A DNA stretch of 64,000 nucleotides, taken from Camelus dromedarius. Its lineage: Eukaryota. This document shows positions 25,253 to 36,050 of this stretch, one piece after another. Every line of letters starts with the position of its first letter. The first letter of the stretch is position 1. The position numbers and the translations under genes were made by a program. Location: contig NC_087447.1 in the NCBI RefSeq assembly GCF_036321535.1, positions 44,146,001 to 44,210,000 on the forward strand, read 5' to 3'. The notes below the pieces were generated by a model, which saw only the letters and a program-made list of their open reading frames with translations, was not told the origin of the DNA and did not search any database.

Positions 25253-26943
25253 GAAACTGGAGAGAGAGGTACAAACCCCAAGAAAAAAGATTCAGATATT
25301 TAACACATGACAATCTTTCTTGCTGGCATGGCTGGAGGAATGCCAGCACTCAGATATATGAGAATCGAAACTATGAGGAAAGTGTTCAAGGTAGAGATTC
25401 CAAAGACCTAAAGCAGCAACACCTTTCCCACTGTCAGGAATGGTCACTAGTCTCCACACAAGTACCAGAGTATGGCAACCATGAACTGACTTCTGAAGGC
25501 AAAGGTCCCAGGAACTTAAAATATACAAAGTTTATACCTGGTCAGTCCTTAGAAACAAAACACACTGAAGACGATGGTAGAGGAATCTATGTGCGTGATT
25601 CACGTGGTCTTCAAAGTAGATGCCATGTTGACATATCCAGGAAAAATCTCTGTATGGAAAAAGAACAGAAGTTCATAGGTCAGCATTCTTACCTCCCAAT
25701 AGTGGAAGACCTTCCAGAGTATGCTGGGGAGATATGCCAAAATGACCTGCTAAATGGCTCTATAGAAGAGAAATACTGTGGATGTGATAAATGTAAAGAA
25801 ATGTATTTTTGGAACTCACCATGTGTTCTCCACAAGAGAAACCAACTTGGAGGAAAGTTCTATCAATGCTCCATCAGCACAGCATGCTTCCCCCAGAGGT
25901 CAGACCTATACAGACATCCAAGAATCCACATGGGTAGCAAGCTGTACAGATGTGAAGAAGCTGCCAGTAACCTTAGCCAGAGCTTAGGTGTTCGCTTTCA
26001 TCAGAGAGTCTACCCAGGGGAGGTGCCTTATATATATAATGTGCGTGGTAAGAGCTTCAGTCAGTTCCCTAGTCTTCACCATCATCAAAGAGTCCACGCT
26101 GAAGAGAAATGCTATAGACTGCAATGTGACAAGGACCTCAGTAGAAACTCATTGTTTCACATTCACCAGAGACTTCACATTGGAGAGAAGCCTTTTAAGT
26201 GTGGTCAGTGTGGTAAGAGTTTTAGTCGGAGTTCAGTACTTCATGTTCATCAGAGAGTCCACACCGGAGAGAAGCCATATAAGTGTGATGAGTGTGGTAA
26301 GGGCTTCAGTCAGAGCTCAAATCTTCGAATTCATCAGTTAGTCCACACCGGAGAAAAGTCCTATAAATGTGACGACTGTGGGAAGGGCTTTACCCAGCGC
26401 TCAAATCTTCAAATTCATCAGAGAGTGCATACAGGAGAGAAGCCTTATAAATGTGAGCACTGTGGGAAGGACTTCAGTCACAGCTCAGATCTTCGCATTC
26501 ACCAGAGGGTCCATACTGGGGAGAAACCCTATACGTGTCATGAGTGTGGGAAGGGCTTCAGCAAGAGTTCCAAACTCCACACTCATCAGAGAGTACATAC
26601 TGGAGAGAAACCCTATAAATGTGAACAGTGTGGTAAGGGATTCAGTCAGCGTTCACATCTCCTCATTCATCAGAGAGTCCATACAGGAGAAAAACCCTAT
26701 ACATGTGATGACTGTGGAAAAGGCTTTAGTCACAGCTCTAACCTTCACATTCATCAGAGGGTCCACACCGGGGAGAAGCCTTACCAATGTGCTAAGTGTG
26801 GTAAGGGTTTCAGCCATAGCTCAGCTCTTCGAATTCATCAAAGAGTCCACACAGGAGAGAAAACTCATAAATGCCATGAGTATTATAAGGGATTTGATCA
26901 GAATTCACATCTTCACAGTAATTGCAGAAGAGAAACCTTATAA
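25253..26943 (+). CDS. ZNF214: ZNF214 terminal coding exon: spacer, degenerate fingers and 8 intact C2H2 fingers
   Basis: Acceptor ttatttttctAG at 25251-25252, in frame with ORF 25177..26943. HTGEKPY linkers present. Spliced CDS 127+1691=1818 nt = 605 aa plus stop. No KRAB-B exon found. Confidence 0.95.
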
Positions 26944-28092
26944 TTCTGTTCATTTAGTTAACAGCTTTAATCAAAGCTTCACCTTAAGCCCAGTAAATGC
27001 TGATGGGAAGGAAATTCTATAAATAACCCAAATAATCTCAAGCAATATTTATATTTGCCCTAATTCATACTAGGAATCATTTGCTTCAAGAGGAGGGCCT
27101 AGTATTTTAAATTAAAGTATTTTTTCTATTATAAATATTATGCATAGTCACTAAAAAAAATGTAAGTCAAGAAGAAAACTTTTCATCCTATTTCATTCTG
27201 GTCTTTTTTTATGTGTATGCAATTATACTGTATGTTCAACTTTGTATTTCCACTGACTTCATAACATTTACTATATTTTGGTTTGAATTGAAATTGGTTA
27301 GCTACCAATGAAACAGCATCTTGACTCCCCTGTAAAGTCCCTAGGAAGCTACAGAAAAAAATGAAAACACAAAACTTGAAATTCTAACTGGTAGACAACC
27401 TGTTGCTCAACTGCGGAAGAAGTGAATTACAGGGCCAGTAGATTTCAGTTGCTTATGACAAAAGACAGGAAAACATTGTATGACCTGTTATCCAAGATAG
27501 GATTATCTTAGAGATGTTATTTCTGCCAACCAGAAAACTCAGGAACCGTCCTTTTGTCACAGAAGTGCTGCACTCTGAGGTTACCATAATACACTCACCC
27601 ATTCCCCTCCCCAGTTTTCCACATTTATTCATAGGTTCAGACACCAAGTAACAAGAAGTATGATTTAGTTTCTCTTCGTAGGTGTGTGAAAATTCTGGTT
27701 ATTCTCAAAACCAAAGAGGGAGAATGGATAAAGACCTCTGCAACAGTAAATGTCAAAAGACAACAGAATAACATCTTCAGAATTGTGAGATTGAAAATCT
27801 CTTTTATCGCCTATAGTTTTTTTTTTTTAATCAGCTGAATTGTCCTTTACATGTGTAGGTGACAAATTAGATAAGAAAACAAAATATATCATATGTGTAC
27901 CTTTCTTAAAGAGAGCTCAAGAATGTGGAAGTCACAGTATAAAAGAACTGGTGACAAACACTAAAATCAGTTAAACATGCAGTTAAGTCTGGAATAATTA
28001 ATTTGTTTACAAAGCTTTAAAAATTTTAAATAGTTGTGCAAGAAAATAATATACAAATGCTGAGTATAAAAACAGATTATATGTTAAAGTCT

Positions 28093-28272
28093 GGGTAGGA
28101 AAATAGAGTTTTCAGACACTCAGTTAAATTTGAATTTCAGATATACAATGATAATTTTTTAGTATTAAGTATGTCCCAAATATTGCATGGAACTTATACT
28201 AAGAAATTGTTTGTTTATATGAAGTTTGAATTTAATAGCATTTTGTGTTTTTATTTGTTAAATCCGGCAACT
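28093..28272. mobile_element. MER53-like palindromic hAT MITE
   Basis: cagttaaatttgaatttcagatatacaa...taagtatgtcccaaatattgcatggaacttatacta...ttgtttatatgaagtttgaattt...aaatccggcaact, with internal dyad symmetry. Confidence 0.75.
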
Positions 28273-31200
28273 AAATGAGGGAAGGACAGCAAAAGAAAGT
28301 GTGCTACATTTCTGATCTTAAATAGTGTGGATTCATTACATTTTGTTCCTGACTTTAACAGTTCTAGAAATAAAGGTCTTAATTTTTTTTTTTACAAAGT
28401 TAGAAATTACAACTAACTACTAACAAAAGCACATATTTCTTTCAAAACAGAAGATAAAAATAAAGAATATTCAGTCCCTATAGCAAAAGACAGAAAGAAC
28501 AAGATGATCTAAAAAATTAGAGAATATGGATCAAGATGAAAGCAAATCAAATTTATCAAAATAAGTTAAATCTCCCCTTAAAAAGTCTGAAAACCCTAGA
28601 TTGAGTTAGAATTTTACCTATATGCTCTACAACAGAAAAGATTAAAGCAAAATACTGATCAATTTTCAACTGATCAGTTGCTCAATACTGAGCTATTAAT
28701 TTTATTGATTTAAAAGAATACACAAATATTTGGCAAACATAAAGGTATCCCAAAATATGTTTTTAAAAGTTAATTTAAAAATAAACTAATTAAACCCATT
28801 AAGGTGGATAAAAATATAAAAACCAATAGTATCCTAAATACTTGCAATAATCAGAATACAGTGGGTGCAAAAAAGAGTTTTTAATACTAAAATTTCTTAA
28901 ATAGGAACAAATAGCAAAAATGTAGAATGAAAATAATGAAAAGCAAAACATTTAATTATAAATAAAAGAGGACTTGAATAGAGAAGTCCTATAATTTTTT
29001 CAGAGGGAATGTTCCTTAATTTATAGATTTATTTCAAATCTGATCAAAATCCCAATGAGATCTGAAATTAAAAAATATTATAAAGTCTTTTAAGAAAAAG
29101 AAACATTGGAAAAGAGCAGAGATAATTATAAGAAAGATTAATGATATTACCCTCATATATAATAAATGATATATTGAAATTAAAATGTTGAGAACTTGAT
29201 CATACATTTTAAAAAATGTTCAGAATGCTCAGTTACTGAATAACTCAGAAATAAATCAGTGTATGGATTACATATGTATATATAACATTAAGTAAATATG
29301 CTTAAATACATATGACAAAGACTTACGAATAGAAGGATTATTCAGGAAATTGTGCTGAGAAAATTATTTAACTCTTTGATGAAAAATAAAATTAGACTTT
29401 CATCTCATGACTGACATCTTATATATTTTGACCTACTAATATATATTGATTAAAGCACAAATTTTCAGCCTGTGTTCCACAAACCCCTATATGTTTTCAT
29501 GAAAGCTGTCATCAAAAATAAAAAAAACACAAGCTAACCCCATTTTTTAAGTGATTCACATTCAAGATTAGCACAAGATATTTTTTAAGAGGAGGTGCTA
29601 CTCTCTGAAACATAAAATTTTAAACATTTACCCAATTTTACATATAGTTATGTATGGTTTTTATATAGTTGAAAACATAACACACGTGTGCATTTTTTGA
29701 GAGTTTGATGTACTGGAAGAACTCAGAAAAAATGCCTAAGAATTGGACCACAGTAAAAAATTTTAAACTGTAGGTTAAGAACATATGGAAGTCAAGACAA
29801 CAATAGGGAAAATATTTTCCATGATTATGATAGGAACTTTTATAAATTAATAAGATGGACACCTAGTTAAAATGGCAAAGGACATCAACAGATTAAAGCA
29901 ATGAAATACAACTTTTATTAACAAAAATTATAATAGCTATTTTCAGTGAGAGTACAGATGGATACTTACTACTTATGTTGAAGGTAAATAGACTTTTTGG
30001 GAAAACAATTTGGCCAATCGTGACCCTCAAAATTGTTACTACTGTTTCCTTGATTTCCTATCTAGGCATATATCCTGTGGAAATAGAGTTGCACTCTATT
30101 AGGGAACTTCTGTTTGCAAAGAACAGAGATCCACTTAACTTACCTCATTTAAATAAAGTTATATAACATTATGTTTTAAAATCACACACACACACAAATC
30201 CAAGGACAGAAGCTTCAACAGGAGAACTTGCTCCAGAAAGCCATTAGACAATGAGACTACTTTTTCAAGAACTTATTTTTGTTTCTTTGGTTATCCTCTT
30301 TTCTTTCTACAGACTGACCTCCTGTTTACTCACTCTGCGCATGCTTATCAAATTACCACCACATCCCTGATTAAGTTTTTTTGATTTTAGTGCCCACCAC
30401 TAACATGTAACTTCTTTCTGAGTCTGAGATTCAGATTTCTGAATGAGGGAAAATGATTGGCTCAGTTTATAATTACTACCTCTAGACAACTCTTTTAGGC
30501 CAGTCTAAACCATAGGCTACTAGTAAGCTTCAGACTGGTTAGCTTCGTATCAGATGTTCACTCTGGTGTTTTCAGACATGCCCAGGGATGGGATGACAGG
30601 CATGTAACATGGTTGTTAGGGCTGATGTTCAAATAAATTTCTCTAGAAAGTGGTGGGTCTGGACCAAGTATTCTGAACTACATTAGAACACATACATAGA
30701 TAAATGTTTGAGATATTTATTGAAGTATTTTTATGCTGCCTTCCCCTAAAATAGGGGAAAGGTCAAATAAATTATGATGCACCTATATGATGTAATGTTA
30801 TGCAGTCACTAAAACTTATATTTTCCAAGAACGTTGTAACGATAAGACTATACTTACGGTGTTAAGAGAAAAGTACAAGATATAGAACTCTATATGGGGT
30901 AAAATTCTATTTATATATTTATACAGGTATTTCCATGGGGAAACTATTGAATATATACAAAAATGTTATTAGTGGGTTTCTTTGATAGGATGGATTGTAG
31001 TTATCTTTATGTACTTCATACTTTTCTGTATTGTTTTCTATTTTTACTGGTGTCTTTTCATAAAAAATAAAAATCACTTTTTTATATACAACTTTTTAAA
31101 AATGTTAATGGTACATGATATTCCATTGTGTGGCTGTACCATAATACTTAATTATCTCTATGTTATCAGGGACTTAGACTTTTAATTTTTATATTATGAA

Positions 31201-32439
31201 TTAAACTGCCATAAATGTGATCATGTATGAAGTTTTCTATTTTAGGTAATTTTTACAATTTTCTATATTCAATTATTGGGTTAAAAGATAGGAGGCAGAA
31301 GGTACAAGCTGTGCAAAGAAATGGAATAATGAAATTCCAATGTATATAACCAGCTGCAAGGAGCCTCACATTGTTAGAGCAGAAAGGTGAGGTTAGAAAA
31401 TGGTCAGATCATGAAGGTCTTACTGTGCCAAGCTAAAAAGTTTCTACTGGTCATGGAGAAGCATTAAAGAATCTTGAATGAAGGAACAACAATGTCATTT
31501 TGAAAAGATGACTTTAACAACAGTATGGAGACTGGACATGTTGTAGAGTGAGACTATAAGACTTGTAAAGGACAAAATATGAATTTGACATGGTCATTGA
31601 TCCATTAATAGCAACAAGTATGAGCAAGAATGGAGGTCACAGGACCACAGAGTAGACAACTAGGTGGTGTCAATGAGTTTAGACAGTAGGAGGCAGTTTC
31701 CTTTTTTAATCATTGGATTTATTTTTCCCTTCATTAAAGAGTTCATTAGAGTAAATATGGAAAACATATTCACTAAAAAATTGAGGTTAAAGGTAGTATG
31801 AAAAGCCATTAGAAGATTTTAAGAGACATGGTCTAACTGGCTCACTCTGAATGCTGTGTTAAGAATTAACTGAAGGTAGCAGCTAGAGCCAAACAGGGAT
31901 TCCAATTAGAAGGTACTGCAGAAATGCCTAAGAAAGATAAAGTGTTATCATAATGTTAACAGTGGAGGCGAGAGAAATAATCACATTATGAATATACTTT
32001 GAGTATAATGAATATATCAGAAGGTGGTTTTAAAACTAAACTTCAGATGCTATTTCAATAGGTAAAATGGCTGAAACAGTTGACAGGAGGAATTGCTTAC
32101 AAAAACTTGTAGTTGAGTACACAATGTTCTAGGGACAGTGAAATCAGTCTATCCAGATTAATGATTTCATGCTGGGGGTTGAGCTATTCCTAAAGGTCTA
32201 GGGTTTTTTCATCTGGATAATATAAAGCTCAGATTGTGCCACAGGGATAGTCAAACCCAATCTTGGGAAAGAGTCAGGGGAGGCTTTCCAGAGGTATATT
32301 TCTACCTAATGTCTATAATAGTGCATACCACATAAAGTACAGATTTTCATGGTACACCGATTCTGGGAAGTCTTCTGAAAAGCTTAATGTCATTTAGATT
32401 TCACAAACACTTCAAGGAAGGTCCTACTAAGTGCACTCT

Positions 32440-33290
32440 ATAGTTAAGAAAAATCGTGACTCAGAAAGGTTCACGATTAGCCCAAAGAAACCCAGTGGAG
32501 AGGCCCGTTTCGGGAAATCTCACGAAGTCTTCGCGGCCCGTTTCATAGAACTGGGGACTAGACGTCATCATACACTTCCAATAGCAACTGATAAGCCCAA
32601 AAGACACAACGGTTACCCAGTTTTCCTGGGAAATTTTGTGGATTCCGGGATCCGCAGAGCGGACAGACAGGAGCGTGCAATTCACTAGTCGACCAGCCAG
32701 GATAACCCCACCACATCAGAGCAGGAGGAGGAACGCAGCTGCAGACAAGCCGGCTCCACTTCCGGCCGCCCCGCCCCAGAGGGCGGGGCCTCCAGGCCGG
32801 GCCACGCCCCCGAGGCTACAGCTCTGGGCTGTTCTTAGGCAAGGATTCCACTACGGTTACTGTCTCGGCAGGCGGTCAGAGCCGTCAGACCTGCCCAGCT
32901 CTCAGACTGGAGGGGCTCCTCAGGGCGAGCAGAGGTTCAGACCTGATTTCTTGGTTTTTTTTGCTGATAGGCTGACGCTACCAACTGTAAACGCACTTAG
33001 TGAGGATCCCATGGCGCTCAGACGGAACCCCTACCGCTTGTGCGCTCAGACCACCCCGGGCTGAGCTGGGCCGGTTTTATGCTGGGGGAAATGGTTTGAT
33101 CCGTCTGATTTCTTGAGGGTGGGGACTCGGGCCGGTGTATAGTGCTCTATCCTGGAGAAGCTGATCTCTACAAAAGGGACTGTCCCCACTCCTCCTCCCG
33201 CCGCCTTCTCACCATTCTGCCCTTCCCTAGGAGGAGAGCACGGAAAAGAAGCGATGCGGCCCTTCACAGCCCAGGGCTCAGGTCAGTAGG
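32440..33290 (+). promoter_or_regulatory. Orphan CpG island/promoter between the convergent 3' ends of ZNF214 and ZNF215
   Basis: Clustered ETS (cacttccgg, 32757-32765), SP/KLF boxes (gccccgcccc, gggcggggcc, ggccacgccccc, 32768-32811) and CRE-like gacgtca (32561-32567). Donor CAG|GTCAGT at 33282. Confidence 0.7.
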
Positions 33291-33307
33291 CATTTCTTCT
33301 CCTAACA

Positions 33308-33705
33308 GTAGGTCAAATACTGTTATTATCTCACTTATATGTGGAATCTTAAAAAAAAAACAAAAACAAAACCCCCCTAAACTCATAGAGAATAGACTGG
33401 TGGTTGTCAAAAGGGGAGAGGGGTGAAATGGATGAATGTGGTTAAAAGGTACAAACTTCCAGTTTAACATAAGTAAGTCCTGGAGATGTAATGTACAGTC
33501 TGGTGACTACAGTTAATAATACTGTATTGTATATTTCAAAATTGCTGAGAGTAAATTTTAAAAGTTCTCATAAGAAAAAAATATTTGTTAACTCTGGCGA
33601 CAGATGTTAGACAATGTGGTGATCATTTTACAAGTATATACAAATATTGAATTATGTTACACATCTGAAGCTAATGTTATATGTCAATCAAAAACAAACA
33701 AAAAA
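33308..33705 (+). mobile_element. L1 3' end (L1MA/MB-like)
   Basis: atctcacttatatgtggaatct...aaactcatagagaatagactggtggttg...ttatatgtcaat plus A-rich tail. Confidence 0.8.
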
Positions 33706-33849
33706 CCACTTCTACTTGTGCTATATACATAATCTATTAAGGTATAGAAACCAGTCCAAGGAGAGTTGGACTCCCAAGGATGTGAATCATAGATATATCC
33801 AGGAAGACTGAGATTCCCTTAAAGTCCCTCATCAGATTATTTTGGATCC

Positions 33850-34290
33850 TGTATCAGGTATCTTCCATTTGCCTTTGTAGATTCACTCTCCATCCTTCTC
33901 CAACACTGGGAGACTTACCCAAATGGATTATATCAATAGCTCCCTAGCCCTTTGGCTTTGACTAGATTTTGCCAATGGGTAGCCCTGGCAGAACTTGAGG
34001 GTTGATTTTGACTGGCTGCTTTTTTAGATCTGAAGTCACAGCTCTTACCAAACTGCCTTCTTTATATGACTTTCTCCTTCTAGTTTCTAGAGATGGCTCC
34101 TTTCTCTTGACCCTTCAGGCCCAGGGGTAAAACATCCCCTTGTTACTACCACTGGAGTACTTCCCTATTTCTTGTGGTTTCCCTAAACTCTGCCTACACC
34201 TCTTTAAGTAGTCTTGTATTATTAAGCCATTGTCAAATTATTCTAAAATTAGGTATGAAATGTTTCCTGCTGGGACCCAGACTGAAATAC
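33850..34290 (+). mobile_element. ERVL LTR (LTR33-like)
   Basis: Starts tgtatcagg; contains gccaatgggtagccctggcaga and cccttcaggcccagggg; ends tgtttcctgctgggacccagactgaaatac. These motifs are typical of LTR33/LTR16-class ERVL LTRs (recognised by eye). Confidence 0.75.
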
Positions 34291-35750
34291 TTATTGGGAC
34301 CAAAGTGGTCCTAGAAAATAGACTCTCTAAATGGGTTTCAGGATTGGGTTGCTGGGAGGAGCAGAAATAACTTCATTGCTAGGAGGAAAAAGAATCTGAG
34401 GGCATTGAGATTTCTCAAATCATCACTAGTGGTAGAACTCAATAAAAGTGCAAGTAGAGGGCCAGGTGTTGAGAAATCAAGTGGCTATGGCATTCAGTTG
34501 CTATGGTGAAAATAATGATTTTACAGATCTGGAGCCATCTGGATTCTCTGTCCCCTTAGAGAATGAACACAGAGAACAAGAGCAGCCCAGAGCTGTGCAC
34601 ATACAAGAACCAGAAGATGATCACGAGAAGGCCCCTATGGCAGTTTTGAAGTCGTTTCTCATTTTCAATGGCTACAAGGCAAATACAGCTGAGGACCAAG
34701 CCTCACTCTGAAATGGCTGCAGAATTTGAGCACCAATTAAATTCACAACCTGGTGAGAGAGATGGTAAGAGAACTGGCGAAGAACAATGGACAGGCATTT
34801 GGGTGGACATCAAAGATGCTAAGAACACAGCCACCCCATTCCTCTGAACCTCTCGTCAGTGAAAACAGTATCCCATGTCTACTTATTTGAGGGTGTCAGA
34901 CCTCTTCTCCATTCAAGCTTACTCTTGACTCCACCCGGAGCATCTGCCTCACAAGCTGGTACCAAATCTCTTCAGTACTCATCCCCACCACGGTCACTGG
35001 CTCCTGGCCCATAATGAGACTTAGATCCCAACTGAGCCCTGACAGAAAAAAAAAAAAAAATGCAAGCACTCCCTGCTCCTAGAGGAGATACCTATTAACT
35101 GTAAGAATTACAAGACCTCAGTAATTGTGTTACCAGTTACTAATGATGGAGAGCAAATGTGGAAGTAGATTCTAAGATGGACCAAATATAAGTTACGTTT
35201 GGGTTGAATTTATTGTCATGGGTGCAAACATCTGGGACCTATAGTTTAATGCGTTGCTTTAAACACTAGAAAGAACAACCTATTCTGTTAAACTAATTAA
35301 AACCTGGAATCAAACTTGGCCAACTTCTAATAACATAACTTCTCGAATACCATAGAGAACAGTATTCAGAGGTGCAGGGTGATGGAATATTGGAATGGAT
35401 TCACTATTACTCTCTTCTTCAGAGTTACGAGATGTTTTGAAAGAGGAGCAGAGATGATCTTGAACAGCTCTGCTGTGTCTGTTTTGTGTAGGCTGGAGAT
35501 GATGGTGAAAACTGCTGAAATGGAAATGGGTTTCTGATCTTAATGGTAATCATGTAATTCACAAGTGGCGGAGGCCAGGTGGTTAGCATGTGTTAGAGAT
35601 AAATGGTTATAATCACTGCTAAGTTACAGAAGTGTAGTCGTTATCAGTGCTTTGATCCAGAGGAATCTGCCAATGACAACTTGATCACAGCTCCCTAGAC
35701 ATGAAACGGATGGACAACCCATGTAAGTGCTTACGGACGTATTCAAGCAG
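34291..35750 (+). mobile_element. ERVL internal region with decayed gag
   Basis: Directly follows the LTR. ORF 34448..34711 (QVEGQVLRNQVAMAFSCYGENNDF...KAPMAVLKSFLIFNGYKANTAEDQA) resembles the ERVL gag N-terminus. No 3' LTR is visible. Confidence 0.7.
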
Positions 35751-35754
35751 ATGT

Positions 35755-36050
35755 AAGGGAGCCTGGGTGATGCGCTTGCTCTGCCTCCAGCTCCTCACCC
35801 CGACCTGGTCCCTCGGTGACTGTTCTTGTGGTTGCTGCTGCTGCTGCTGAGTCTGCTTGTTCTTGAATCATCTTTGTTCTTTTTTGCTCCCTCGGGTTGA
35901 GCTCTGCAGTGACTCCCTCCCTCTTTGCAGGTTGGATGCCTGGCTCCTTCGGCAACTCTCTTTGCACTTTCCTATAGTAGACCCTGCATCCCATACTGCC
36001 CTCTGGGGGTGCTCATGCACTCTTGAGGTTTTTGAATCCTTAACTCCCTT
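35755..36050 (-). pseudogene. Degenerate processed PRD-class K50 homeobox pseudogene (TPRX/ETCHbox-like)
   Basis: Minus-strand frames, joined across frameshifts, give CRVY..KVQREL..RHPTCKE/REGVTAELNPREQK/EQR*FKNKQTQQQQQQPQ. This follows the recalled TPRX homeodomain RTVY..KVLEFYFQKDQYPNYDQRLNLAEMLSLREQQLQVWFKNRR..QQQPQ. No intron at the helix-3 position. Confidence 0.6.

Noticed and set aside
25778..27022. Alternative-frame ORFs over the ZNF214 finger array (FIRESTQERSL-type repeats)
   Set aside because: Typical shifted-frame shadows of C2H2 arrays. The same applies to 38468..38782 in ZNF215.
35743..35994. 83-aa ORF MGCRVYYRK... as a functional micropeptide
   Set aside because: It is a frameshifted composite of the decayed homeobox: helix 3 is out of frame and carries a stop.
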